Below, one piece after another: positions 42,767 to 52,863 of a stretch of 64,000 nt of DNA. Source of the stretch: Bdellovibrionales bacterium. GTDB taxonomy: Bacteria > Bdellovibrionota > Bdellovibrionia > Bdellovibrionales > JAUICD01. The notes under the pieces were generated by a model. It did no database searches, was not told the DNA's origin, and saw only the letters and a list, made by a program, of their open reading frames with translations. Every line of letters begins with the position of its first letter. Positions within the stretch are counted from its first letter, which is position 1. The stretch is taken from contig CBDANC010000015.1 of the NCBI GenBank assembly GCA_965197425.1, forward strand, positions 160,001-224,000, given 5' to 3'. The translations under genes and the position numbers were made by a program.

Positions 42767-44779
42767 ATGACTTTTAGTTTAGAAAAAATAGACAACATTG
42801 CGTTGGTAAGTATTGATGCAAAAGATGAAAAAGTAAATAAGCTTACAAAAAATGCAATGTTAGAACTAGAAGAACTTATAAAAGATGTTGATGCTGAAGC
42901 CCTGGTATTTATATCTAAAAAATCAGGATTTATTGCAGGAGCTGACATATCAGAGATTCAAAACTTAGATACGGAGCATAAGGCTAAGGAGCTTTCTAGT
43001 GAGGGGCAGAGAATTTTTAATATATTAGAGGATCTTAAAATACCTAGTATAGCTGCAATCAATGGGGCTTGTCTTGGCGGTGGATGTGAATTTGCGTTAG
43101 CTTGTGATTATAGAATTGCAACTAAATCATCTATCATTGGGCTTCCTGAAACTAAACTGGGTGTAGTTCCTGGTTTGGGAGGTACATTTAGATTACCAAG
43201 ACTTGTGGGTATAAAAAATGCCTTAGATATTATTTTGCCAGGTAAAAGCCTTCCAGGTAAAAAAGCACTAAAAATAGGATTAATAGATGAGCTTGTGCCA
43301 GATACAATTTTAAAAAGTCGTGCCATAGAAGTAACAAAAAAAATTAAAAAAAGAGACTATATCCTGGATCTGAAAGACAGATTACAAATGGTTTTAAAGC
43401 CAATTATCTTAAGTATTGCAAAAACAAGGGTTTTGAAAAAAGCAGGGGGCCACTACCCAGCACCACTAAAGGCACTGGAATTAGTTGGTAAAGCAAAAAT
43501 ATCAGATAGAACAAAGTCTCTAGAGCGAGAAGCGGTGGCGTTTTCCAAGCTTGCAACGGATGAGGTTGCTAAAAATTTAATAGAACTTTATTTCCAATCT
43601 AACAGGGCTAAAAAACTATTATCTAGTGATGCTAAACCAAAAGAAGTTAAAAGCATTGCTGTTATAGGTTCAGGAGTAATGGGAGGGGGTATAGCTTCTT
43701 TGGCAGCAGAAAAAAATATTGAAGCCATAATGAAGGATATAAATCTAAAAGCTTTGGCAGTGGGGTTTAAAGCTGCAAGTAGAATCTGGAAAAAAAAGAA
43801 GAAAAACAAATATCAATATCAAGGCTACATGGACAAACTCACTGGAAGCTTAGACTACTGTGGGTTCGATAGAGTAGATGTTGTTATAGAAGCTGTAGTT
43901 GAAGATATGGAAATCAAAAAGAAAGTATTAAATGAACTAAGAGAACATTGCGACGAGAACTGTATTATAGCCACAAACACTTCATCTCTTAGTGTACATG
44001 AAATGGGAGGTGGTGATAAAAATTTTGTTGGTATGCACTTTTTTAACCCAGTTCATAGAATGCCTTTAGTAGAAGTGGTTAAAACTGAAGAAACTTCCAG
44101 TGAAGCAGTCGCTATAATTTTTGCATTGGCAAAAAGAATGGGTAAAATTCCTATTATAGTAAAAGATAGTCCTGGGTTTTTAGTTAATAGACTTCTACTT
44201 CCTTACTTGAATGAAGCACTTTACTTGTTAGAAGATGGTTATTCCATAAGAACAATTGATAAATCTTTTATAAAGTTTGGTCTTCCCATGGGGCCGCTAA
44301 GACTTTTAGATGAAGTGGGGATTGATGTAGCTTCTAAAGTGGCTCATATGTTTCATAAAGCTTTTGGTGACAGAGCAAAACCATCTGAAATTATGGAAAA
44401 GATGGTTTCACTAGAAAGATTCGGTAAAAAATCAAAAAAAGGATTTTATGTACATAGTGGAAACAAAGCGCATCCTGATAATGAACTATATGAAAAGCTA
44501 GGTTTAAAACTCAAAAATTCAAGCAAATCCTCTGCTGAAGAAGAAATAACAAGCAGAGGATTGTGCGTAATGATCAATGAAGCTAGAAAAGCTTTAGAAG
44601 AAAAAGTTGTAGATGACGAATGGATACTAGATTTAGCTATGGTGATGGGCATAGGTTTTCCTCCTTTCAGGGGAGGGCTTATGAAGTATGCTAACTTACA
44701 AGGATCCGCAATCATGGAGTTTCTAGATCATTGGTTTGAAAAAACAGGGCATTCTAGATTTAAACGAACCTCAAACTAA
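42767..44779 (+). CDS. fadJ: Fatty-acid oxidation multifunctional alpha subunit
   Basis: FIAGADI, GLPETKLG, GSGVMG, HFFNPV, GFPPFRGG. Confidence 0.9.
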   Translation: MTFSLEKIDNIALVSIDAKDEKVNKLTKNAMLELEELIKDVDAEALVFISKKSGFIAGADISEIQNLDTEHKAKELSSEGQRIFNILEDLKIPSIAAINGACLGGGCEFALACDYRIATKSSIIGLPETKLGVVPGLGGTFRLPRLVGIKNALDIILPGKSLPGKKALKIGLIDELVPDTILKSRAIEVTKKIKKRDYILDLKDRLQMVLKPIILSIAKTRVLKKAGGHYPAPLKALELVGKAKISDRTKSLEREAVAFSKLATDEVAKNLIELYFQSNRAKKLLSSDAKPKEVKSIAVIGSGVMGGGIASLAAEKNIEAIMKDINLKALAVGFKAASRIWKKKKKNKYQYQGYMDKLTGSLDYCGFDRVDVVIEAVVEDMEIKKKVLNELREHCDENCIIATNTSSLSVHEMGGGDKNFVGMHFFNPVHRMPLVEVVKTEETSSEAVAIIFALAKRMGKIPIIVKDSPGFLVNRLLLPYLNEALYLLEDGYSIRTIDKSFIKFGLPMGPLRLLDEVGIDVASKVAHMFHKAFGDRAKPSEIMEKMVSLERFGKKSKKGFYVHSGNKAHPDNELYEKLGLKLKNSSKSSAEEEITSRGLCVMINEARKALEEKVVDDEWILDLAMVMGIGFPPFRGGLMKYANLQGSAIMEFLDHWFEKTGHSRFKRTSN

Positions 44780-44784
44780 CCTGT

Positions 44785-44821
44785 CCTTGCTTGATTGCCC
44801 TACCACTTGACTACCTGATCA
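44785..44821. repeat. Degenerate 8-mer array downstream of IVP copy 2
   Basis: CCTTGCTT GATTGCCC TACCACTT GACTACCT GATCA. Confidence 0.7.
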
Positions 44822-45112
44822 AGCATTCTTACACAATTTGTATAAATATCCCCCTAGAGTATTTGCTTCATTTATTAGTTTTTGGTGGTTAATGAGATTT
44901 AGTATAGCCTGTACTTCTCTAAGTGAGCCTAAGCTTATTCTATAAAACTTTCGCCTTTCTTTATTGCTGAACTTTGCACTGCCCTCTGCAAGATTTAGTA
45001 CAATGCTCAGTATAGCTCTTTGGAATTGGTTTTTAAGCGGTTCTTTTAGATATAAATTCTTAGAATTATTGTAAAATTGAACAGCTAGTTGATATGTTTT
45101 AAATTTTCTCAT
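44819..45112 (-). CDS. Four-helix-bundle protein (23S rRNA IVP / TIGR02436-like), copy 2
   Basis: 97 aa, 75/97 identical to copy 1 by hand count. Confidence 0.9.
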   Translation of the reverse strand: MRKFKTYQLAVQFYNNSKNLYLKEPLKNQFQRAILSIVLNLAEGSAKFSNKERRKFYRISLGSLREVQAILNLINHQKLINEANTLGGYLYKLCKNA

Positions 45113-45156
45113 AAAAAATTTCCTCCTTACCATCTTTGATGGGAGGAAATTTTTTT
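45113..45156 (-). promoter_or_regulatory. Hairpin occluding the SD of IVP copy 2
   Basis: mRNA AAAAAAATTTCCTCC-CATCAAAGATGGTAA-GGAGGAAATTTTTT-ATG. Confidence 0.75.
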
Positions 45157-45169
45157 AGAAAATTTAATT

Positions 45170-45213
45170 AATCATCGGATCCCTGATTTCCTGAGTGCCG
45201 GACTGCCTGATCA
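45170..45213. repeat. Degenerate 8-mer array upstream of IVP copy 2
   Basis: AATCATCG GATCCCT GATTTCCT GAGTGCCG GACTGCCT GATCA. Confidence 0.8.
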
Positions 45214-47526
45214 GAACATGCCTATTGAAAAGTGAACTCTACTTCCATCTGTAGAAAGTCCATCAGCCCAACTCAGTCTCCATCCATACTCTAAACTAAC
45301 AGGACCGACTGGTGTGGAAAATCTTAACCCCAAACCTACAGAGTCTCGATATGATTTTTCAAAATCAATTCCATCGATTAGTACACTACCACCATCATAG
45401 AAAAAGACACCACCAAATAACCCAGAAATAGGAAACCTTAACTCAGTTTTTATTAAATAGAAAATACTTGTGTCATGAATGGGTAAGACACCTAAAGAGT
45501 CACTGGGAAACTCAGATCGATCTGGGATTGAATTTAACTCAAACCCTCTAATAGTAGATCTTCCACCTAAAAAGAATCCTTTAGATTCTGGTATTACTAA
45601 TGAAGAATCACTTACATTTGCAAGGTAACCACCTGATAAAACTTGTGCAAATACAACTTTTCCCACGGGTACATAATAGTTAAAACTTCCAGTTAAACGA
45701 TAATACTTATAATCTGCATTGTTTAGATTAAGACCTAGAAAAGGAGAAGAATACTCAAAAGAAGATTGATAATACCAGCCTCTAGTAGGATCAAAAGGAT
45801 GGTCTCTAAAGTCGAGTTCTATAGAAGGGCCTGTTGATCCTGTAATTGTAGATTCACTTTCTTCCGTGTCATTAACATATCTAAATAAAGTAGAGTTCTC
45901 AAAATTCCATAGGCCATAGGAAAAGCTAGATCTTTCATGAAACTTAAGCTCTAAGCCTGTATTAAAAGCAATTTTATCTTCTACTACTATTCCATCAGAT
46001 TCTTGTCTGTTTACAGAGATAATATTTTTTTCTTTTGTTACACCAACTCTACTTCCAACTTTCCAGTCAAAGATATATGGTTCACGATACCCTAAACCAA
46101 TCTCATGTTCCAAAACACCTGCTTCATCCTGAGTTAGAGCTTTTTGTAGCTCAAAGTGACCACTAACTCTTCTGGCAGTCCCAAAGATGTTGTCATAATA
46201 TATATTACTAAAACCTCTTAAGGTTAAGTTGTACTCATCACTTATACCCACACCAAGATTAAATACACCAGGATCCTTTTCTGTCACCTCTATTCGTACA
46301 TCCACTTTGCCGGGCTCATTGGTTTCTACAGTTGTGATATCTGCTCTGGTAAACAAGCCAGTTCTTAAAAGTATTTGTCTATTTTGATCTATTTTTTTTG
46401 GACTTAGAGATCCACCTTTCTTAAAATTTATTTCATTTAAGATGACATGATTTTTTGTTTTTGAGTTACCCTCAATAATAATATCATTTACGCTGACTTC
46501 ATAGCCTTCGTTAATATCAATTGTGATTGTAGCTAATCTTTGGCTACGATTATATTGTACAACTTGATCAATGTTGTTAAATTCCATGTTTAGGAAAGAT
46601 CTATCAGTGTAATACTGTTTTACATCTGCAAGTGACTGTTCAAGCTTAGATATATTTAACTTATCCTGAGGTTTTATGTCTAAAAGTTCTTCTAATACTT
46701 TTTTCTCAAACTTTTGGTTTCCAACTATATTGATCTTCTCCACATATGTTGCAAATCCTTCATCTATTACTATCTGTACATTTACAACTTCCTGTGATTT
46801 GGCAAACTCTTCTGATATTGATCTAAGCTCTGCGTACAAATATCCTTTGTATACAAGGTCTAGTAATAAAGCCTCTACTCCTTCATTTATATTCCCTCTG
46901 TAATACCCACCAAAACTTTTTTGCAAGCTAGAATTATGTTGTTCTATAAAAGCAGCAAAAGTTTTGGCGTTATCAGGATTGTTACTTATAACGGTAAGCC
47001 TGCCCAGCCTTGAGAATACTCCGGGCTTAATGTTGAAAACCAAGTTGGTGTTAAAATCGGATATCTTTATTTTGTATGTTGCTTGAACGTTGCTGTAGCC
47101 ATACTCCCTATATAGTTTGATTACTTTTTCTTTTGTATATGTGGCAGGGTCGGATAACTGCTCATTATAGTTTGTCCAATCCAAAGCTTCTCTGATCCTA
47201 CCAACTCCTACTATATCTGAATCTTCATTTTCTATGTTAAAATAAGCCTTTAGTCTATATGGGTTTTTAATAGTAAATTTTAAATTGTTTAGAACTGTTT
47301 TATCTAACACTACAGAAGAGGAAAAATATTCATTATCTTGCAAATAAGTTTTTATTTTATCCGAGATCTCTTGGTCCATACCATCAGAGTAAGTTTGTGT
47401 ACTATACGTACTGGTTAGTTTTATCAGTTCAGAATATAGTTTTGGATTCTCTGTTTCTATTTGTACGTTGACTGAGGCATTTGCATGAACTGCCTGTGTA
47501 ATTAGTATAAATATTATATTTATCAC
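45211..47526 (-). CDS. Omp85 BamA/TamA-family outer-membrane protein
   Basis: POTRA repeats (IIIEGNSKT), LGGRSTIRGF, GLRFSTPVGP, FSIGMF end. Coupled to tamB. Confidence 0.92.
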   Translation of the reverse strand: MINIIFILITQAVHANASVNVQIETENPKLYSELIKLTSTYSTQTYSDGMDQEISDKIKTYLQDNEYFSSSVVLDKTVLNNLKFTIKNPYRLKAYFNIENEDSDIVGVGRIREALDWTNYNEQLSDPATYTKEKVIKLYREYGYSNVQATYKIKISDFNTNLVFNIKPGVFSRLGRLTVISNNPDNAKTFAAFIEQHNSSLQKSFGGYYRGNINEGVEALLLDLVYKGYLYAELRSISEEFAKSQEVVNVQIVIDEGFATYVEKINIVGNQKFEKKVLEELLDIKPQDKLNISKLEQSLADVKQYYTDRSFLNMEFNNIDQVVQYNRSQRLATITIDINEGYEVSVNDIIIEGNSKTKNHVILNEINFKKGGSLSPKKIDQNRQILLRTGLFTRADITTVETNEPGKVDVRIEVTEKDPGVFNLGVGISDEYNLTLRGFSNIYYDNIFGTARRVSGHFELQKALTQDEAGVLEHEIGLGYREPYIFDWKVGSRVGVTKEKNIISVNRQESDGIVVEDKIAFNTGLELKFHERSSFSYGLWNFENSTLFRYVNDTEESESTITGSTGPSIELDFRDHPFDPTRGWYYQSSFEYSSPFLGLNLNNADYKYYRLTGSFNYYVPVGKVVFAQVLSGGYLANVSDSSLVIPESKGFFLGGRSTIRGFELNSIPDRSEFPSDSLGVLPIHDTSIFYLIKTELRFPISGLFGGVFFYDGGSVLIDGIDFEKSYRDSVGLGLRFSTPVGPVSLEYGWRLSWADGLSTDGSRVHFSIGMF

Positions 47527-50500
47527 TTAAAATAAACCTGGTATTTAAGATCCAACCCTAATACATTATTGTCTCTTTCATCTTGACTAATCAAGTTTGT
47601 GTCGCCTTCTTCTGGCTCTAATTCTTCATAGTTTCCTGTGATTGACAAATTATTGCTAAGTTTATATTCAACTCTCATATCTGATGTTTGGGAGTTTCCA
47701 AGTCTTCTGCTAAGTATTGTGCTTATTTTATCATTCCACTGTTTTTTTAGTACTATTTTTGGTGTTGATTCAATTACATTTTCTTCACCTGTCTCTTCCA
47801 TTTCAGTTGATAGTTTGACATCCACTCCAGTTTTTTCTTTAAGTACCTTATTTAATACATTTTGACTTAGAATACTTGTAGATACATTAAGTGCCTGACT
47901 TTGTATTTTAGTTTCAATGTCAATATTGTCGGTTTCATCAGTTACATCACCAACAGCTAATAAGTTTACTATATCGAAATGGCCCAAATTAGTGTTACTA
48001 GTGAATGATATGTCGGGTTCATCCACATTACCGCGTACATACATTGTTATTGTATGTTCCTTGAATGTGGTAGTAGCTTCTAAATATATGTCGGGGTTTA
48101 TTTCGTATCCACCTTTAAAGTCTAGTCTTGCTACATTGACTAAAAACTCATTGTTATTAATTTTTATTATACTATCTCTTTTAAGGTCTACTCTTCCTAG
48201 TAATTTTGGATAAGCAGGTTGTCCTTTTATATACAGTCTTCCAGTGAAATCTCCCTCTACCATAGAGTTGTTGATAATTGCATCATCATCAAACTCAGAT
48301 ATAATATTCATTTGTATAGGCCCTACTAATCTTTCTCTATAAGATGTGGGTAAAAATACATTGCTAGAGTAAAGTTCATTTGTTTCTGACTCATCAAACT
48401 CTGCTACAAATCTAACACTACTGGTATCATAAGTTCCTTCAAATAAAAATGGAAACCATGAACCAGATATTTTGACATTAGCATCTCCTTTGGTCTCCAC
48501 CCCCTCTGGTATATTTAGGTTTACATTTTTTAATTGGAGATCAATTTGTGTTGGAAGATTTTTAAGTCCAAGCAATGCAATATTTCCTTTAGCGTGAGCT
48601 GTACCCGAAGCAAAGTCTGCTGTTGCTTTGTCTATATTAATTTGGTTTTTAGAAAAACTAATCTGACCAAATAAGTTTTCAACAGAGTGAGGAATATCTT
48701 TGACATCTAAAAATCCATTTCTAATGGATCCATGTCCATTAAGACGAACATCGCCTCTTTTTCCTCTGAAGCTACAAGCTATATCAAGCATTCCTCTGAT
48801 ATTGTCTAAAAATGGGGTTAAAAATGAAAATAAATCAGGATCAATGCTCCCAGCTAGTGACATATTTAGAAAATTCTTTCTAGAATTATTGGAGCGAAAG
48901 ATTAGTCTTTGCCCACTATCATTGCCATTTAACGCTATAACTCCATTGGTCATGCCGTTATCGAAAACAATTTTAGCATTTTTAGCTACAAGTTCTTTTG
49001 AGTTTTTACTAATGTTCATGTCGAATATATCTATTTTTCCGTCTGCATTCCATAGCCAGTCAGATTTTGATTCAACATCTATATCTGTGGTTAGAAAGGA
49101 ACTATGTTGACTGATGTCAGCCCCAAAAACAGAAAGGTAGGGTGTAAAATCCCATCTATTAGCCTGTAAACTTAGTTCAAATGGAAAATCACTAGAATAT
49201 GGTATGTTGGAATATATCTTGAGTGAATTGTCACTTGTGTCCAATGACAAAAATAAATTGTTACTGGTTATTTGCATACCGTAGTCTATGCCAGGCATTG
49301 CTTTATTATAAGATCTTATGTCGTCTATTTTGCCATCTAGTCTTGTTGTGGGGCTTAAAACATGACCTTTCATTGTTAGTCTGGATGTATTTTTTCCCGA
49401 CAAATTTAAGCCTGTCTTTTTTAGAATTTGACTATCCTCTAACATAAAATTGTTGGCAATAGCCACCAAGTCTATAGTTCCATCAGGGCTACCAGTTCCA
49501 TCTAACTTTACTAATCCGTTTCTTTTTTTCAATTCAACTTGTTCTGTTTCTACATTTCCTTCAATTGCTTTAATGTTAAAAACTAATTCATCAAAATATT
49601 CTCCGGCTATAACTCCATTTTTTATATTGCTTGTAAGAGTATAGTTTAGGCGATTGAATTGAAGTGGTCCATCTAAATTTATTTTGGCCTGACCTCTTCC
49701 AAATGCATCAAATGGTAGCTTCACGATTCTGTCAAAAACATTAATAAGCTCTGAAGTTTCAAACTCCAAAACTTCTCCTTCCAATGAGATTGTTTTATCC
49801 TCAAGATCAACCCTAACATCAGCATTGTACTTTGATATATCTATTGACCCATTTATGTTATTAAAAAATAGAGTTCTGTTTGTATAAGAAAAATCCAATT
49901 CAGCATCATTTAACAAATAATCATCCAACCAAAAATCTTTTACTCCCAGATCTATATCAAATGATGCAGTTTTTGAATTTCCTTCAATAGCACCTGATCC
50001 TGCTATAACTCCCTCTAGTTTTAATCCGGCAACATTATTTTTTATAGCATTTAAGTTAAATTCTTCTGCTGCATAGGAAAAGTTAAAACCACTGTCAAAA
50101 TTTATAATGCCATCTGCATCTAGTCTGTTTCCATCGATATCTAATTTGCCGTTTATTTCAATTTTTTCTTTATCTATAGATAAACTGCCAAGCACTTGAG
50201 TGTTTCTTAATGCCACAATAGTTTTCTTTTTGTTATTTACAATAAAATCTGTTAGCACTAATGATCCATCGTTACATATGGTTATAAAGTTGTCGTACCT
50301 CATCTCACAATCTAGATTGCCCACCACAGAACCTCTTATTGGTGCATTAACTTTCAAGCTCTTCAGAAATGGGTTTAGGCTTAAAGAATGTATATCTAAA
50401 TTAAATCTAAGGGTGTCTTTTTGATTGGCATCTATAAAAGTAGTTCTTAGATCTGAGCCTCTATTTTGTAATCTAGCTCTTCGTATGTTCAATTGGTCGT

Positions 50501-51461
50501 TTATCCTAGTACCAGCAATATTTAATTTTCCTAAATCTCTCCCATCTATTTTTAAATCTTCAAAATCATTGTTAAATGACCAGTAAGTACCCTCGACATC
50601 ACTGCCGAAGTTAATGTTTGATTGTATATGTCCATCTAGTGTAGGAAGTTTTGCTATACGATTTGTTTTTAATAAAATATCTCTTATAATTTCCAGATTT
50701 GAGTCTAATTCTAATTCTAGATTTGACTCTAGGATTTTACTTTCATTAGCATTATTTACTTCACCAAAAATATTAGCATGTATTATATTATCTTTTGATG
50801 TAGAGAAATTTTCTATGTACAGCCTATCCTTAAAAATGCTAAATGTAGATAACAAATTTATTTTATCTAAATTTAAATTCAATTTTTGAATATTGAGATC
50901 GAATCTGGAACTTATATCAAAATCTATCGATCTAAATCTATGTTGAGCTTTCAAAAATATATCTGCTGTAAATTTGTCTTTTCCTCTTGTTACTTCAACT
51001 TTACTTTTTTCAAGAGTGATAGAGGCAATAGGAGTGACAGCTAAATATTTTGATAGCTTTGCTGAGTACAGTTCCAATTGCTTTTTTCTGGGTTTTAGCG
51101 AACTTCTTTTACTTGTTCTTTTAGTTTTTGGTAGTTCTATTGGAATCACAGCATCTGACGCTATAATTTTTATTAATCTTAAGTTCGATTTTCTAAATTG
51201 AAAATTAGGTATCAGAGATATCTGTTCTATGTAAGTATTTTTTGGCTGATCTTTTATATTAAGCTCAACTTGTTTTAGGTGTATACCTAATGGAAGTATG
51301 TTGATCTTTATGTCTTTTGGTATTATGTGAACATTGTGATCAGATGTTCTGCTGGCTATTTTTTTTGCAAGATAATATTCTAGATTTGGTTTCAGTCCTA
51401 AGAAGAATAGGCTAATTAACCATACTAAAACTAAAACACCAAAGATCTTTTTTTTGGTCAA
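47523..51461 (-). CDS. tamB: Translocation and assembly module TamB-like protein
   Basis: 1312 aa, N-terminal TM, beta-rich, DUF490-like C-terminus, adjacent Omp85 gene. Confidence 0.82.
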   Translation of the reverse strand: MTKKKIFGVLVLVWLISLFFLGLKPNLEYYLAKKIASRTSDHNVHIIPKDIKINILPLGIHLKQVELNIKDQPKNTYIEQISLIPNFQFRKSNLRLIKIIASDAVIPIELPKTKRTSKRSSLKPRKKQLELYSAKLSKYLAVTPIASITLEKSKVEVTRGKDKFTADIFLKAQHRFRSIDFDISSRFDLNIQKLNLNLDKINLLSTFSIFKDRLYIENFSTSKDNIIHANIFGEVNNANESKILESNLELELDSNLEIIRDILLKTNRIAKLPTLDGHIQSNINFGSDVEGTYWSFNNDFEDLKIDGRDLGKLNIAGTRINDQLNIRRARLQNRGSDLRTTFIDANQKDTLRFNLDIHSLSLNPFLKSLKVNAPIRGSVVGNLDCEMRYDNFITICNDGSLVLTDFIVNNKKKTIVALRNTQVLGSLSIDKEKIEINGKLDIDGNRLDADGIINFDSGFNFSYAAEEFNLNAIKNNVAGLKLEGVIAGSGAIEGNSKTASFDIDLGVKDFWLDDYLLNDAELDFSYTNRTLFFNNINGSIDISKYNADVRVDLEDKTISLEGEVLEFETSELINVFDRIVKLPFDAFGRGQAKINLDGPLQFNRLNYTLTSNIKNGVIAGEYFDELVFNIKAIEGNVETEQVELKKRNGLVKLDGTGSPDGTIDLVAIANNFMLEDSQILKKTGLNLSGKNTSRLTMKGHVLSPTTRLDGKIDDIRSYNKAMPGIDYGMQITSNNLFLSLDTSDNSLKIYSNIPYSSDFPFELSLQANRWDFTPYLSVFGADISQHSSFLTTDIDVESKSDWLWNADGKIDIFDMNISKNSKELVAKNAKIVFDNGMTNGVIALNGNDSGQRLIFRSNNSRKNFLNMSLAGSIDPDLFSFLTPFLDNIRGMLDIACSFRGKRGDVRLNGHGSIRNGFLDVKDIPHSVENLFGQISFSKNQINIDKATADFASGTAHAKGNIALLGLKNLPTQIDLQLKNVNLNIPEGVETKGDANVKISGSWFPFLFEGTYDTSSVRFVAEFDESETNELYSSNVFLPTSYRERLVGPIQMNIISEFDDDAIINNSMVEGDFTGRLYIKGQPAYPKLLGRVDLKRDSIIKINNNEFLVNVARLDFKGGYEINPDIYLEATTTFKEHTITMYVRGNVDEPDISFTSNTNLGHFDIVNLLAVGDVTDETDNIDIETKIQSQALNVSTSILSQNVLNKVLKEKTGVDVKLSTEMEETGEENVIESTPKIVLKKQWNDKISTILSRRLGNSQTSDMRVEYKLSNNLSITGNYEELEPEEGDTNLISQDERDNNVLGLDLKYQVYFK

Positions 51462-51916
51462 CTTTCCACCTTCTTATTCCATCTGAATAGTAGGGACTGA
51501 GCGTCTCTGAAATCAGGATTTTGGGATATTATCTCTGACATTAAACTTCTTGCCTTACGTTTTTTCCCTAATCCCCAAAGACATTTGGCCCTTGTGTATA
51601 TTACAGTTAGTATTGCCTCTGAGTCTACGGCATATTTTTCTAAAAGCACATCTGTGTGAGACAATGCATCGATGTATTGACCGTCTTCATAATAAGCTTC
51701 CAATTTTAAAAAATGTGAGGCCTTGCTATCCAATGTGTTAAGTATACTAAGAGACTCTTTGTATGCATCCATTGTGTAAAGACAGATAGCCAGATCATAT
51801 GCTGAGTTTGGATATTTTTTGACTGCACTTAAAATAGCTAGAGACAAGGCTCCATCGGACCCTTCGGGCTGCTCAGAGTTTGATTCAACTTTTAAAACTT
51901 GAGATTTCATAAACAT
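51458..51916 (-). CDS. TPR-like hypothetical protein
   Basis: Helical repeats, YTRAKCLWGLG...PDFRDA. Confidence 0.65.
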   Translation of the reverse strand: MFMKSQVLKVESNSEQPEGSDGALSLAILSAVKKYPNSAYDLAICLYTMDAYKESLSILNTLDSKASHFLKLEAYYEDGQYIDALSHTDVLLEKYAVDSEAILTVIYTRAKCLWGLGKKRKARSLMSEIISQNPDFRDAQSLLFRWNKKVES

Positions 51917-51994
51917 TTAATTACACAAAGACAATGGAACTTATCGGAAAAAATCATTGAGATTATGAGCATTTATACTACGAATTTTTAATTA

Positions 51995-52296
51995 AAGGTC
52001 TTCCGAACGAGGTCAATAAAGTGAACTTGTTTACTTTTTGACCTAGTGGTTGCCCAGCACTGGAACAAGATGCCGATTCCGTCACGCAAGGTCTTCCCCA
52101 ATACTGATTGAACCTGGCAACAAGTTGGCTATGCCGACTTTTGCCAGGGGAATTACGTTTCGACACAGTCACTTAAGAACCTGCCAAGGCTTCACCTACT
52201 TCTTTTTGCCGAGTGGTTCCTTCCTGGTGGATCTCACAGCTAACCCTGCTACTTACCTGGTTGCCCAGCTATACACGTGTACATCAAACTCATCTC
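51995..52296 (-). repeat. Dispersed elements R8 (51995-52087) and composite R9 (52088-52296)
   Basis: Plus strand shows AAGGTCTTCC at 51995 and 52088 and GTTGCCCAG at 52049 and 52260. Begins right after the efp stop. Confidence 0.88.
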
Positions 52297-52860
52297 TTAC
52301 TGTCTGCCCATGTACTTTCCGGTTCGGGTATCTACCCTTACGGTGTCTCCTTCGTTGATGTGAAGTGGGACGTTCATCACCAGCCCTGTGTTCATTGTGG
52401 CTGGCTTTAGGGTTCTACCAGTAGCAGAATTGCCTTTAACCCCCGGATCTGATTTTTCAACTACTAGATTAACTTGGTTTGGTACCTCTATATCAACTAC
52501 TCTTTGATTGAAAATTACCGCACTAACCTCCAGGTTTTCAGTCAAATAGCCTTTGGCCTCACCAACTTGATCCTCTGTCAAAGTATGTTGGTCAAAGTCA
52601 GTTTGGTTCATAAAAACATACTGGTTGCCAGAATCCTTATATAGGAACAACATATCCTTTGATACTACATCTGGAATTCCAAACTTTTCTCCAGATTTAA
52701 ATGTTCTATCTAGATTGGCATTGGTAATCATATTTTTTAGTTTGGTTCTGATGAATGCTCCCCCCTTTCCAGGCTTTACATGTTGAAAATCCAACACAAT
52801 ATGAGGATCATCATTAAAAAGTATCCTTAGTCCTTTTTTAAAGTCACTTGTTTCGTACAT
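52297..52860 (-). CDS. efp: Elongation factor P
   Basis: HVKPGKGGAF, VPLHINEGD, DTRTGKY. Confidence 0.97.
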   Translation of the reverse strand: MYETSDFKKGLRILFNDDPHIVLDFQHVKPGKGGAFIRTKLKNMITNANLDRTFKSGEKFGIPDVVSKDMLFLYKDSGNQYVFMNQTDFDQHTLTEDQVGEAKGYLTENLEVSAVIFNQRVVDIEVPNQVNLVVEKSDPGVKGNSATGRTLKPATMNTGLVMNVPLHINEGDTVRVDTRTGKYMGRQ

Positions 52861-52863
52861 ATT

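Noticed and set aside
51995..52060. Integron attC sites (AAC...hairpin...GTT)
   Set aside because: The right end is GTTGCCC, not GTTRRRY. Copies lie within housekeeping operons and no IntI is visible.
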